NCBI GenBank assembly: GCA_948960475.1 | Contig: CARDOI010000004.1 | Coordinates: 5,012-69,011, forward strand | DNA length: 64,000 bases | Source of the DNA: an uncultured Muribaculaceae bacterium | Lineage (GTDB): Bacteria; Bacteroidota; Bacteroidia; Bacteroidales; Muribaculaceae | Direction of reading: 5' to 3' | Part shown: positions 40,012 to 50,203 of the stretch, piece after piece | Position numbering within the stretch: the first letter of the stretch is position 1 | Layout of the letters: each line of letters starts with the position of its first letter | Translations under genes and position numbers: made by a program | Notes under the pieces: generated by a model | Database searches by the model: none | What the model was told of the DNA's origin: nothing | The model's input: the letters and a program-made list of their open reading frames with translations, nothing else

Positions 40012-41571
40012 TTATCCGAGACCGAAGCAATCCATAATCGCGTCGCGTATCGCCACCGCCTCCGAGCCATCCGATTTCAGAACCGCAAGGACAGTCTGCA
40101 CATAAGCCTCCTTGTTTCCCGGCAACCCACACAACTGCCCTATGTTGGAACGAGGAACCATAGATTTCTGATTATATACCTTAAGGATGGCAGCATAATC
40201 CTCCATCGCGGCAATACGAGAGAACTTCCTACAGAAATCCTCATACAAACCACGGGGATTTATCTCACGCACAAGACCTTGCATGTGTTCTTCCAACGCA
40301 TTTATGTTGGTGAACCGCCCGTCGACACGATATTCGACCGTTCGCTTGACCCTATGACGCGTGTGCAGCAACGCCTGCTGGCGCAAATCATGGCGGAACA
40401 TCTTCACGATAGCACCTTTGACCGAAGTGAAAACCTTTCTCGGGTCATGCCCCGTGAACCTTGCGACAGCCTTGACCACAGGTTCAAGCATCAGTATATT
40501 TTCAATCTCGGCAACCTCCGGCACAAATATGTTCTTTCCTCTAAGATACTCCACCTCCTTTTCATCGCGACGGTCGCGGTCAACGACACCGCAGCTTTCA
40601 AGATGATGAAACGCCCTCAAGTCGTTGAACGCACGTGTTGCCTCAATAACCTTATTGCAGCTACCAAGAGCCTTTACATTGAATTCTTTAAAAATCAGCG
40701 GATAAAGTTTAGCATCTATCGAATGAGTGGCATCACCTTCAATGAAAAGCACAGGACGCCGGGCTCCAATCAGAGCCATATAGACCTCTTCCGAAAGACC
40801 ACTGTCGGACGGCAGCAGGTCGTAGTCCCATGTCACATTATCCGGGTTGAACGAACGCACCCACACTATTGCATTCTCCGAACGCGATGCAGCAAAATCA
40901 ACGTCATGAGTGGTATATACAAACCTACAGTCAGGCCGCATACCCTCTATGGTGTCCCACAGCCGCCTCAAAAGGGAATTATGAAGAAACATTCCTGGAT
41001 TATCCACAAAAATAATCCCATTTGAAGGGGCATACAGCACCGCGCCGAAATAGAACAGGACTGCCTTCTCCCCATGCGACAATTTAATTTGGGAATAAGC
41101 CGTGTTATCACCCTCGCGTGAAAACAGAAGGCCGCCACCTTTGCGGAGCACATGATTATCGGGAAACACATCCTGCCACCGGCGTATCACGGCATCAAGC
41201 TTCGATTCTTCAAGCCGGGCATCGTCACCGCGCGCAACAGCCATCTTATATTCTACCAGCTTCACCATTTCCTCATTCAAAAGCAGCATCATCAGCCGCT
41301 CGAACATTGTTGAGGCATCTGTATGCAGGAATGTGGATGTGGCAAGTGCCTCGGCATAGAGGCTGTCGATGGAACCCGGCCTGGATGCGCCGCGTGATGT
41401 CTCGCAAATTGCATCGAGAGCCGACAGCCGGAACACCTTTTCGCCTAAAGAATCTTCCAGATAGGCCGTGAAACGCGACTTGCCGCTGCCATTGGCACCT
41501 ATTATGGTGACCTGACGCACACCGGCGGGAAGTTCAATCCTTGTTCCGTCTGATTTAGGAGGGAGAAGCAT
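40012..41571 (-). CDS. Fused ABC-type ATPase / DUF4435 (Toprim-like) protein
   Basis: Walker A GANGSGKS, signature-like LSHGEK and Walker B IIFVDNPGMFLH. The C-terminal half has PVLFIEGDATHSIDAKLY ... GVVDRDRR, a Toprim-like Glu plus DxD as in DUF4435. Confidence 0.75.
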   Translation of the reverse strand: MLLPPKSDGTRIELPAGVRQVTIIGANGSGKSRFTAYLEDSLGEKVFRLSALDAICETSRGASRPGSIDSLYAEALATSTFLHTDASTMFERLMMLLLNEEMVKLVEYKMAVARGDDARLEESKLDAVIRRWQDVFPDNHVLRKGGGLLFSREGDNTAYSQIKLSHGEKAVLFYFGAVLYAPSNGIIFVDNPGMFLHNSLLRRLWDTIEGMRPDCRFVYTTHDVDFAASRSENAIVWVRSFNPDNVTWDYDLLPSDSGLSEEVYMALIGARRPVLFIEGDATHSIDAKLYPLIFKEFNVKALGSCNKVIEATRAFNDLRAFHHLESCGVVDRDRRDEKEVEYLRGKNIFVPEVAEIENILMLEPVVKAVARFTGHDPRKVFTSVKGAIVKMFRHDLRQQALLHTRHRVKRTVEYRVDGRFTNINALEEHMQGLVREINPRGLYEDFCRKFSRIAAMEDYAAILKVYNQKSMVPRSNIGQLCGLPGNKEAYVQTVLAVLKSDGSEAVAIRDAIMDCFGLG

Positions 41572-41639
41572 GGCAATTCAGATATAAAATATAAATCATC
41601 AGTTATAATCACATTGAACGGCTAACACGGCTCAAGCCG

Positions 41640-42530
41640 TCAGTCAAGGAAGCGTGAAGTCACCCCCCCGTAAGAATCTATACGCCGGTCACGCAGGAAA
41701 GGCCACCAACGGCGCACATTTTCCGAACGCGACATATCCACTTCAACAATTTTCTCGCACTCGGCATAATCCGGCGCCAAGAACAGGAACTCCCCCTGGG
41801 GCCCCGCCACAAAGCTGGAACCCCAAAATTGGATGCCGTTGGTCTGTGCGGAAGGATCCGGTTCGTGACCAACGCGATTCACAGCCACAACAGGCAAGCC
41901 ATTGGCCACGGCATGACCACGCTGCACTGTTATCCAAGCCTCGCGCTGACGCGCTTTCTCGGCATCTGTATCAGTCGATTCCCACCCGATTGCAGTGGGG
42001 TACACCAAGATTTCCGCTCCACGGAGCGCCATCAGCCGTGCCGCCTCAGGGTACCATTGGTCCCAGCATACAAGCACTCCGAGCTTGCCGACAGATGTCG
42101 CTATAGGTTCAAAACCGATATCGCCCGGTGTGAAATAAAATTTTTCATAATAAGCCGGGTCATCAGGTATGTGCATCTTCCTATATTTACCGGCAATAGT
42201 CCCGTCAGCCTCGAACACCACCGCCGTATTATGATACAGCCCGGGAGCACGACGCTCGAACAATGAGGTAACGATGACCACTCCAAGTTCCTTAGCCAAA
42301 GCTCCGTAGAATGCCGTAACATCCGACGGAATCCCGACGGCGAGGTCACACAACTCCACATTCTCCGTCTGGCAGAAATACAGCGAATCATGCAATTCCT
42401 GATTCACAATCAATTGCGCGCCATCCTGCGCCAGATGCCTCATTTTTTCAGCAAGCCTGGCACGGTTATCCGAAATATCGGCAGTATTGTTTTGCTGTAT
42501 AATTCCTACTTTAAGTATCTTACTCATCAA
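41640..42530 (-). CDS. aguB: N-carbamoylputrescine amidase (carbon-nitrogen hydrolase family)
   Basis: Nitrilase-superfamily E-K-C pattern (NQELHDS..., YRKMHIP, VLVCWDQWYPE). It is adjacent to the agmatine deiminase gene. Confidence 0.88.
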   Translation of the reverse strand: MMSKILKVGIIQQNNTADISDNRARLAEKMRHLAQDGAQLIVNQELHDSLYFCQTENVELCDLAVGIPSDVTAFYGALAKELGVVIVTSLFERRAPGLYHNTAVVFEADGTIAGKYRKMHIPDDPAYYEKFYFTPGDIGFEPIATSVGKLGVLVCWDQWYPEAARLMALRGAEILVYPTAIGWESTDTDAEKARQREAWITVQRGHAVANGLPVVAVNRVGHEPDPSAQTNGIQFWGSSFVAGPQGEFLFLAPDYAECEKIVEVDMSRSENVRRWWPFLRDRRIDSYGGVTSRFLD

Positions 42531-42534
42531 ATAT

Positions 42535-43578
42535 TCAGACTATTCGGTTAAACAACGACGATGGAATCTGCATGGTGGCACAATGCAATGACCCGTGCTG
42601 GCGTATCAATGCCCGGCAATCCACCGTCAGGACATCCCTGGTGGGGAACGCCACTTTAAGCATCTGCTCCGCAAGCCTGTCATTATTTTGTTGCCCGTAC
42701 ACAGGCAGGAGAACGGTGCGTGGCGTTATGAGGAAATTGGCATAAGTGGCGGGCAACCGCCCACCATCCTCATCAAAAATCGGGTCGGGAAGCGGCAACG
42801 CAATCAGATTATAAGGATTCCCATCGGCAGTGCGCAATGCTTTCAGCTCCTCCTCCATGAGGTTCAGCTCCCGTGTATGCCCGTCAGCTACATTATACGA
42901 CTTTACATACAGAATCGTGTCGTCAGGGGCGAAACGGGCAAGCGTATCTATGTGGCTGTCGGTATCGTCGCCGGCAAGATGCCCGTGTTCAAGAAAATGC
43001 ACCCGTGAGATGCCCATCGTTTCCTTGAAATAACGGCATAAAGCCTCTTTGTCCACCACTCCGTTGCGGTTAAGCGACAACAGGCAGGCAGAAGTTGTGA
43101 GCATCGTGCCCTTCCCGTCAACCTCCATGGAACCGCCCTCGAAAACGAAATCAAGGCAGGGAACATAACGCCTGGTCAGCAACGAAGCCTCCACCATGCG
43201 CAAAGTCACCATATTATCGAGATTCGCTGCGAATTTCAGCCCCCACCCGTTGAATTGGAAGTCGAGTGCCGACACACCGTCGGGGGTCTCCAAGGTTATA
43301 GGTCCGTAATCACGGGTCCATGTATCATTGGTTGGTGCCTGGAATATGATGAGCTTATCTTGCGGGAATTCTTCCAATATCTCACGTACCAAACCAACTT
43401 CAGGCGTCACAACCAACACCCTCAATCCGCTATCAATGATGGCACGGACAAGATTTACATAACATGAGGTAACCTCGTCAAGCATATCCGCCCAATCTGT
43501 AGCGAAATGCGGCCATGCTATCATCACCGCCTCATAATTCTCCCATTCGGCAGGAATTCTTTTTCTGTCAGCCATCAC
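42535..43578 (-). CDS. aguA: Agmatine deiminase
   Basis: IPAEWENYEAVMIAWPH...TWTRDYGPI...DTDSHIDTLARF...GSLHCATMQ, with the catalytic Cys near the C-terminus. Confidence 0.9.
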   Translation of the reverse strand: MMADRKRIPAEWENYEAVMIAWPHFATDWADMLDEVTSCYVNLVRAIIDSGLRVLVVTPEVGLVREILEEFPQDKLIIFQAPTNDTWTRDYGPITLETPDGVSALDFQFNGWGLKFAANLDNMVTLRMVEASLLTRRYVPCLDFVFEGGSMEVDGKGTMLTTSACLLSLNRNGVVDKEALCRYFKETMGISRVHFLEHGHLAGDDTDSHIDTLARFAPDDTILYVKSYNVADGHTRELNLMEEELKALRTADGNPYNLIALPLPDPIFDEDGGRLPATYANFLITPRTVLLPVYGQQNNDRLAEQMLKVAFPTRDVLTVDCRALIRQHGSLHCATMQIPSSLFNRIV

Positions 43579-43580
43579 AG

Positions 43581-43820
43581 TTATTCATCAAAATCATTAA
43601 GGTTATCCCACACCGACTCGCGGTCGCTAAGGTATTCATCGCAGAAATCAAGGAAACCGCGACGTTCCGAACTGCCCACCTCATGGCACCATTCCCTGTA
43701 GCGTCTATGCAGCTCGTCGTCCTCGTCTATCATCTTTTTGAAATCCGACTCCGCCACATCCACACTATCGGCCTGATGCAGAATGTCAATAAACAATTGC
43801 GTTATATCTTCCATATCCAA
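43581..43820 (-). CDS. Small acidic hypothetical protein (79 aa)
   Basis: The ORF ends 2 nt before the aguA start codon, so co-transcription is likely. No family recognised. Confidence 0.5.
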   Translation of the reverse strand: MDMEDITQLFIDILHQADSVDVAESDFKKMIDEDDELHRRYREWCHEVGSSERRGFLDFCDEYLSDRESVWDNLNDFDE

Positions 43821-43850
43821 TCAAGATTTGATTCGGAAACGTCCGCCGGG

Positions 43851-44390
43851 TCAGAACAGCGGGAAAGTGGCATTGGTCAGCACATACTTCCTGCGGAACT
43901 CGGCATTGCTCATGCAGAACATCAATATGCCCTGCACCAATGTCACCCAATACCACATGCCGCATGTCACCAGTGAGAGGATGATGGTGAGGATTCCGCC
44001 GGCAATCTTTCCGAGATAGAAATAATGCACCCCGAAACCACCCAACAGTATGGCAAACAAAGCCGTTATGCCACGGCTCTTGCCTTCAGGCCCGCAATCA
44101 AAAGCATTGTTGGATGCATTATAGTACATGTCGGACGAGCCATTCTCTCCGAATGCCTCTTTGCCTTGCGATCCATATTGGTTATAGCCGTAATTGCCGT
44201 TGCCTGGAGCCTCGGATGCCTGACGGTAACCGGCTGCGCCATAATTGTAGGCACCGCCACATTGCTGCTGACCCTGGAAACGGTCGTGCGCAGCGGGAAG
44301 GTCATGTCGGCAAAATCTGCAAAAGATTGCTTCGTCTTGTATTTCTTCTCCGCAATAAGGACATTTTTTCATGATAATATTGTTTTTCAA
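43851..44390 (-). CDS. Zinc-ribbon + TM2 domain-containing membrane protein
   Basis: N-terminal [20 protein letters not shown] zinc ribbon, a G/Y/N/Q-rich linker, then a TM2-like region [18 protein letters not shown]...[16 protein letters not shown]. Confidence 0.75.
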   Translation of the reverse strand: MKNNIIMKKCPYCGEEIQDEAIFCRFCRHDLPAAHDRFQGQQQCGGAYNYGAAGYRQASEAPGNGNYGYNQYGSQGKEAFGENGSSDMYYNASNNAFDCGPEGKSRGITALFAILLGGFGVHYFYLGKIAGGILTIILSLVTCGMWYWVTLVQGILMFCMSNAEFRRKYVLTNATFPLF

Positions 44391-44555
44391 TTAGACTTGA
44401 AAACCATAGAAGAGAGATGTATTATTCAGGTTTATTCTCTACAAAAATAACGATATTATTTTAATTATGAAGAATTATCGGCTACAATTCACACACGGAA
44501 ACAATCCAACCGCGTTCTTAAGTTGCACCCAGAAAGCAATAAATAATCTGCCATG

Positions 44556-44897
44556 TCATGCTTCCCGCCGCAAAATCCTTATGGTCACACCTATCTGCCG
44601 CTCATATGGAGCCGACCCGTCGAGACGCGATATGACACAATCAAACGCATCCTCCCACCCCATGGCAAGCATCGTTGCAACGATTTCATTGGCAGTGCGG
44701 GGCAGATAGCCTATCTTGTATTCGTTGCCGCCAAATTCCGCCCACAGGCTGACGGCAAAAGAATCAGCAGGATTAGCAGGCTCGGCTTTCATTTCCAGAC
44801 GTCCACCCACCTCCAAACTACGCCAAACGTCGTCGGCCTGATAATATTGGCGGCCGGCGACGAATGTATCGAGCAGATAAATTTTATCAAATGTCAT
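44556..44897 (-). CDS. Standalone HIRAN domain-containing protein
   Basis: FVAGRQYYQADDVWRSLEVGGRLEMKAEPANPADSFAVSLW...KIGYLPRTANEIVATML fits the HIRAN pattern. The start overlaps the ftsH stop by 4 nt. Confidence 0.7.
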   Translation of the reverse strand: MTFDKIYLLDTFVAGRQYYQADDVWRSLEVGGRLEMKAEPANPADSFAVSLWAEFGGNEYKIGYLPRTANEIVATMLAMGWEDAFDCVISRLDGSAPYERQIGVTIRILRREA

Positions 44898-47038
44898 TTC
44901 GAATCATCAGATTGTTTCGGAGCGGTCTCTGAATTGACTGCCCCATCTTTGCCTTTGGCTGGCACGGGAGGAATTGTGGGTGGAGGTGTCACCTCCGTGG
45001 CCTCCACATCCACCACTCCGTTATCTCCGGCAGCGATGCTGCCCGAACCGTCAGTGGCATCGGAAGAACCGGCCTTCACCTTTTCCTGAAGTTTTTCAGC
45101 CTGTTGCTGGGCTGCAAGAATCTCATCGGTACGCGAAACCCATTTGCGTTTACCGAATATACGTTCAACATCCTCGGTAAAAATCACTTCCCGGCTATAA
45201 AGCACCTCCGCCAACTTGTTATGCCCTGCGGCATGTTCACGAAGAATTGATTTTGCACGCTCATACTGTTCATTCACTATGCGCGAAACCTCTTCGTCAA
45301 TCATCCTGGCGCGGTCGTCGCTATAGGGCTTGGAGAAACCATAGGATTGCCCCGTTGAATCATAATACGACAGATTGGGCAATCGTTCGCTCATGCCATA
45401 ATACACAACCATTGCATATGCCTGCTTGGTGACGCGCTCCAGGTCGTTGGCAGCTCCGGTGGATATATGTCCGAGGAACAGTTCCTCTGCCGCACGTCCG
45501 CCGAGTGTGGAACACATCTCATCGAGCAATGCCTGGGTTGGTGTAATCTGACGCTCCTCCGGCAGGTACCATGCTGCACCAAGAGCTTTCCCGCGAGGCA
45601 CAATCGTTACCTTTATCAACGGATTGGCATAACGCAAGTGCCAAGAAACCGTGGCATGACCTGCCTCGTGACATGCGATGGATTTCTTTTCCTCTGTAGT
45701 GGTGATTTTGGAGCGTTTCTCCAATCCACCGATTATGCGGTCCACGGCATCAATGAAATCCTGACGTTGCACCACATCTTTGTTATGGCGTGCAGCAATC
45801 AGAGCCGCCTCGTTACATACATTGGCAATATCAGCCCCGGAAAAGCCCGGGGTCTGGCGAGCCAGCAAGTCAACATCAACCGACTCATCGGTCTTTATCC
45901 CCTTGAGATGCACATTGAAAATGGCAACACGGTCGTTCAGTTCGGGAAGCTCTACATAGATCTGACGGTCGAAACGCCCTGCACGCAACAACGCCTTGTC
46001 AAGAATATCGGCACGGTTGGTGGCCGCAAGAATAATCACACCGCTGTTGGTGCCGAAACCATCCATTTCGGTAAGCAATTGGTTTAGCGTGTTCTCCCGT
46101 TCGTCATTAGCACCCATGTTGGGGTTCTTGCCACGTGCGCGGCCAACGGCATCAATCTCGTCGATGAACACGATGCACGGAGCTTTCTCCTTGGCTTTCT
46201 GGAACAGGTCGCGGACACGCGAAGCTCCCACGCCGACAAACATCTCTACAAAGTCGGAACCCGACATCGAGAAAAACGGCACATTGGCTTCTCCGGCGAC
46301 AGCCTTGGCAAGAAGGGTCTTGCCGGTTCCGGGAGGACCCACAAGGAGAGCGCCCTTGGGAATCTTGCCGCCAAGATTAGTGTAACGCTGCGGATTCTTA
46401 AGGAACTCAACAATCTCCTCAATCTCGGTTTTAGCCTCCGAAAGGCCGGCGACATCCTGGAAAGTGACTTTCATGGCATTGTCCTTATCGAACACCTGTG
46501 CCTTAGATTTACCGACACTGAAAACACCGCCGGCACCACCTTCGCGATTTGTCATGCGCCGCATAAGGAAGAACCAGAAAGCTATCATCAATATTATCGG
46601 GCCGAAAGTCCAAAGGAAAGAACTGAAATCGCTCCCCTCGTCATAATCCACAGGCCCTGTATATATCCCCGATTGTTTCCAAGCGTCAATCTTCCTTGCA
46701 AATTCATCGGTCGACGGCAATGTGGTGGTAATGCTGGCTACAGCACCCTCCTTATACTGGCTCTTGTGAAATATAGCCTGCGCAAGCGAATCGGAAAGTT
46801 GCGCTTCGGCCATACCCTTCTTCTTGTCGACGATGATTTTTGTAATCCCATGGCTATGGGAATTTATGGAATCGGTGATATAGTTCTCGAACTCCGAATA
46901 GGTTACTTTTTTTGTGACAGAATTGTCGTCGAGATACAGCATTCCGAACAAGAACAGCAGTATGATGGCATACATCCAATACATGCTGAACTTAATCTGG
47001 GGACGCTTCTTAAGGCCGTTTGGTTTGAGATCCGCCAT
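44894..47038 (-). CDS. ftsH: ATP-dependent zinc metalloprotease FtsH
   Basis: Two N-terminal TM helices, Walker [12 protein letters not shown] region, and HEAGH zinc site. The extended C-terminal tail is low complexity. Confidence 0.97.
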   Translation of the reverse strand: MADLKPNGLKKRPQIKFSMYWMYAIILLFLFGMLYLDDNSVTKKVTYSEFENYITDSINSHSHGITKIIVDKKKGMAEAQLSDSLAQAIFHKSQYKEGAVASITTTLPSTDEFARKIDAWKQSGIYTGPVDYDEGSDFSSFLWTFGPIILMIAFWFFLMRRMTNREGGAGGVFSVGKSKAQVFDKDNAMKVTFQDVAGLSEAKTEIEEIVEFLKNPQRYTNLGGKIPKGALLVGPPGTGKTLLAKAVAGEANVPFFSMSGSDFVEMFVGVGASRVRDLFQKAKEKAPCIVFIDEIDAVGRARGKNPNMGANDERENTLNQLLTEMDGFGTNSGVIILAATNRADILDKALLRAGRFDRQIYVELPELNDRVAIFNVHLKGIKTDESVDVDLLARQTPGFSGADIANVCNEAALIAARHNKDVVQRQDFIDAVDRIIGGLEKRSKITTTEEKKSIACHEAGHATVSWHLRYANPLIKVTIVPRGKALGAAWYLPEERQITPTQALLDEMCSTLGGRAAEELFLGHISTGAANDLERVTKQAYAMVVYYGMSERLPNLSYYDSTGQSYGFSKPYSDDRARMIDEEVSRIVNEQYERAKSILREHAAGHNKLAEVLYSREVIFTEDVERIFGKRKWVSRTDEILAAQQQAEKLQEKVKAGSSDATDGSGSIAAGDNGVVDVEATEVTPPPTIPPVPAKGKDGAVNSETAPKQSDDSK

Positions 47039-47098
47039 ATCGGTTATGTGGTGTTAGGTAGATTTATAGTGTGATGAATCATAAATGCCGACAAAATG

Positions 47099-47497
47099 TC
47101 AGTCAAGGTCAGGAATCTCGGTGAGCACTGCGTCATTCCATAATTCTTCCAGATTATAGAGCGAACGGGCATCCGGCACGAAAACATGAACCAACGTGGA
47201 ACCGTAATCAACAACAATCCACTGCGCGTTCCTGTAGCCGTCATAGTTATAAGGCTTGACATGGACTTTCTCCAATAACGAATCACGCACGTTATCGGCG
47301 ATGGCCGCCACCTGCTGGGGAGTACGTCCCTGACAAATTATAAATTCGTGGGCAGGAGCCGATTCGATATCGGAAAGGTCCACTATGGTTATGCCGCAAC
47401 CTTTCTTATCCTGAATCGCATCCACTATAAGGTTACGCAAGGTTTTGTCATCAATAGCCTGGAGAGGTGTCTTTGTTGTCAGTTGTTGTTCAGTCAT
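47099..47497 (-). CDS. rsfS: Ribosome silencing factor RsfS
   Basis: ORF 47099..47518. I prefer the start at 47497 (MTEQQ...). The LIVDAIQDKKGCGITIVDL...FIICQGRTPQQV...WIVVDYGSTLVHVF pattern is typical of RsfS. Confidence 0.9.
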   Translation of the reverse strand: MTEQQLTTKTPLQAIDDKTLRNLIVDAIQDKKGCGITIVDLSDIESAPAHEFIICQGRTPQQVAAIADNVRDSLLEKVHVKPYNYDGYRNAQWIVVDYGSTLVHVFVPDARSLYNLEELWNDAVLTEIPDLD

Positions 47498-47588
47498 CAA
47501 TAAAACATGAATTAGCATTTCCCGTGTCCGGCGTCGTGATAGCGACAGCCACCGGTTCCGAAACGGAATCCACCGGGGTAATAATGCG

Positions 47589-47596
47589 CAAAGTTA
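47589..47596 (-). promoter_or_regulatory. Candidate -7 box (TAACTTTG on minus strand) for rsfS-ftsH
   Basis: Exact TAnnTTTG match about 90 nt upstream of the rsfS ATG. The predicted leader contains GC-rich hairpins (47540..47580). Confidence 0.3.
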
Positions 47597-47775
47597 AGTA
47601 AAATAATTTTATTGCGTCCATATCAAATATGGCCATCGGTTTCCTAATACAACAAAATTCAAGCCAAAAAGTAGGAAATGAAGTGAAGAAATGTGAAAGT
47701 TCCACTGCAGCACACAAATAGGATTCAAAATCAAAGCCCCAACGCACGTTGCCGGAATCACTTCCGTAGTGAAGT

Positions 47776-49038
47776 TCATTCAAACCGCAGCACCTTTACC
47801 GGCGACAGACGGCACACCAAAGCTGCAGGAAGAGTCATGAGCAGGAATGACAAACATGCATACCCTACATTCAACATAGCCCAGTCGCACAACGACAGTC
47901 GCACAGGGACGTAGCTCAAATAATACGACGAGGCATCAAGAGGTATAAACCTCCATAGCCATTCGGCTCCTATAAAAGAAAGCGCAATAAGGTTCCCCAA
48001 AAGCAACCCTATCATAGTTATACGCGTCCCCAATCGCACAAAAACCATCCCCACCTGCCTGTCGGTAGCACCCATAGATTTCAGAAGTCCCACCATTCGA
48101 ATCCGCTCAAGAATCAGAATCAAGACACATGAAACCAGCATGAAACCACTGACACATCCCATGAGGATGAGAATAACCACAATGTTTGTATCAAGCATGT
48201 CAAGCCAGTTAAAATAAACCGCACCTGAAGAATAAACGGTCGACACCACAAGCGACTGCGGTATGGCACCTTTCATCACCCCCTCGTTCAACCGCTGCTG
48301 GAGGTTACCGGCAACAACCTCAATACCATCATTCCCCAATCCACGGATTTCAATCGTTTCCCCTTCATCCGAACCATATTTAAGCAGCCCTGCAAGGGCA
48401 TCACGAGATGCATACGCAATGACATCGTCGTATTCACCGAAATTACTGCAATATATGCCCGACACCTCAAATTTTCTCGGCCTGATACCTTCCCCGACAA
48501 AAAAATAGACATTAACCTTATCGCCTAATCCGATTGACAATTTACGTGCCATGGAAGCAGATATGGCAATGCCACGGGGATTATCCTCCCGTGGAAGTTC
48601 CCCTTCCAGCAGATTAGAATGCTCGAAACCCCATCCATAGCCACAGCCAAACGCCTTGAAAACCACGCCCATAAAATCATTATCGGTCTTTAGCAATCCC
48701 GGCAGCCTCATGGTTACGGAAACTTCCGGGTCATCGTTCACCCCTGCGGATGAAACAGACTGCGATATGGCATCTTTTAATGCAGGAGTCAACGACAACG
48801 ACTCATTCTCGCCATAATAATATTTCCCTAATGGCGACACCGTTATCTGCGCATCAAACCCCATTATCTTACGACGGATTTCATCTTTGAAGCCCGTCAC
48901 CACTGCAACAGAAACAAGCATCACCATAAAAGAAAGTGCGATGCCACCCACAGCCACCACTATAGCAGGTGCCCACCGACGATTCCCGGCACGCAACGAC
49001 AATCTCCTACTTATGAATGAGCTGAACGAGGTTTTCAT
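47776..49038 (-). CDS. ABC transporter permease, FtsX/LolC/E family
   Basis: ORF 47776..49095. The start is at 49038 (MKTSFSSFISRRLSL). The TM1 - large periplasmic loop - 3 TM layout and the LKSMGATDRQV motif fit this family. Confidence 0.85.
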   Translation of the reverse strand: MKTSFSSFISRRLSLRAGNRRWAPAIVVAVGGIALSFMVMLVSVAVVTGFKDEIRRKIMGFDAQITVSPLGKYYYGENESLSLTPALKDAISQSVSSAGVNDDPEVSVTMRLPGLLKTDNDFMGVVFKAFGCGYGWGFEHSNLLEGELPREDNPRGIAISASMARKLSIGLGDKVNVYFFVGEGIRPRKFEVSGIYCSNFGEYDDVIAYASRDALAGLLKYGSDEGETIEIRGLGNDGIEVVAGNLQQRLNEGVMKGAIPQSLVVSTVYSSGAVYFNWLDMLDTNIVVILILMGCVSGFMLVSCVLILILERIRMVGLLKSMGATDRQVGMVFVRLGTRITMIGLLLGNLIALSFIGAEWLWRFIPLDASSYYLSYVPVRLSLCDWAMLNVGYACLSFLLMTLPAALVCRLSPVKVLRFE

Positions 49039-49198
49039 ATTTATTAGTACAAAGCTACAAATATTTAGGCTCCCATACAAAAACCATACGCCCAATTTCA
49101 GTTGTTATTAATATAAAATTTCTCGCTTCAACTACAATCGGGGTACATAACGGCCATTGCCCGATTGACACGATTTCAACCAAAATTCACACAGGGAT

Positions 49199-50176
49199 AT
49201 GAAGTACAACGGTAAAACTCGCAGATCTCTCCAGTTTAAATATGCAATGCTGATGGTGTTGTTGGCTCTTGCGCTTACGGCATTGGCTCTACCGGCTGTC
49301 GCACAAGAAACCGACACACTGAAAATCGAACTTATAAACGGCCTGGTGGTCAAAAGCCAGCCGGTGGCAACAACAGTCGAATATGAGGACACAGAAGCCT
49401 CCGAAGCAACGTCGTTCGACCCGCCTGAAGCACCCAAACTTGATGCGGAGACCTCCTACAGTTCCCGCGACACCTTGGCCATAATCTCCGGCTATCCCCG
49501 CTCCCTATATTCCAAACCGGCATCATGGACCTATTCCGACCCATGGTGGCATGGCATGTGGATTAACACCGCCGTGCTTTCGGGCGCTTTCGTGGGAACA
49601 TTATTTGTGCTCGAACTGCTACCCGAGGACGCGACAGCCTGGAACAGAGCCGAAATAAAAAATGTTCCGTTCTACGAACGATGGTATACCAATATTTTCA
49701 AACGCGGCCCTGTATGGGACAGCGACCTGTTCATATTCAACTATGTCCTGCACCCCTATGCCGGAGCAGCCTATTTCATGAGTGCCCGGACATGCGGCTT
49801 CAATTTCTGGCAATCCATGCTTTATAGTGCCATGATTTCCACATTCGGATGGGAATTCGGTGTCGAAGCCTGCATGGAACGCCCGTCATACCAAGACATT
49901 TTCATTACACCAATAATAGGCAGCCTAATGGGAGAAGGAATGTACCGGCTCAAACGGCTTATCGTAAACAACAATTACGAGGTTTTCGGCTCCCCCATCA
50001 TAGGTCATATCCTTGCTTTTTTCCTTGACCCAGTAAATGAGGTGGTAGGGGCCTTAAGTCCGGGCAAATGCCGTAGCATAGGCCCCGGCTGCCTGACCTC
50101 ACAGCCCTTGCTGATTCCCTCCCCTTCCCCGGGAGCATCGTCGGCGTTCGGCTTCACAATCTCCGCCACGTTCTGA
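49199..50176 (+). CDS. Secreted/membrane protein, DUF3943-like
   Basis: Signal peptide (MLMVLLALALTALALPAVAQE). The HPYAGAAYF...WEFGVEACMERPSYQDIFITPIIGSLMGE block resembles DUF3943. The start could instead be 49247. Confidence 0.5.
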   Translation: MKYNGKTRRSLQFKYAMLMVLLALALTALALPAVAQETDTLKIELINGLVVKSQPVATTVEYEDTEASEATSFDPPEAPKLDAETSYSSRDTLAIISGYPRSLYSKPASWTYSDPWWHGMWINTAVLSGAFVGTLFVLELLPEDATAWNRAEIKNVPFYERWYTNIFKRGPVWDSDLFIFNYVLHPYAGAAYFMSARTCGFNFWQSMLYSAMISTFGWEFGVEACMERPSYQDIFITPIIGSLMGEGMYRLKRLIVNNNYEVFGSPIIGHILAFFLDPVNEVVGALSPGKCRSIGPGCLTSQPLLIPSPSPGASSAFGFTISATF

Positions 50177-50203
50177 ATACATCGGAATCTTGATGCGTAA
50201 CTT

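Noticed and set aside
47490-47783. 97-aa ORF filling the gap between the FtsX-like permease gene and rsfS.
   Set aside because: The translation has no features of a real protein family. The region contains a good minus-strand -7 box and GC-rich leader hairpins, so it is better explained as the rsfS-ftsH promoter and leader.
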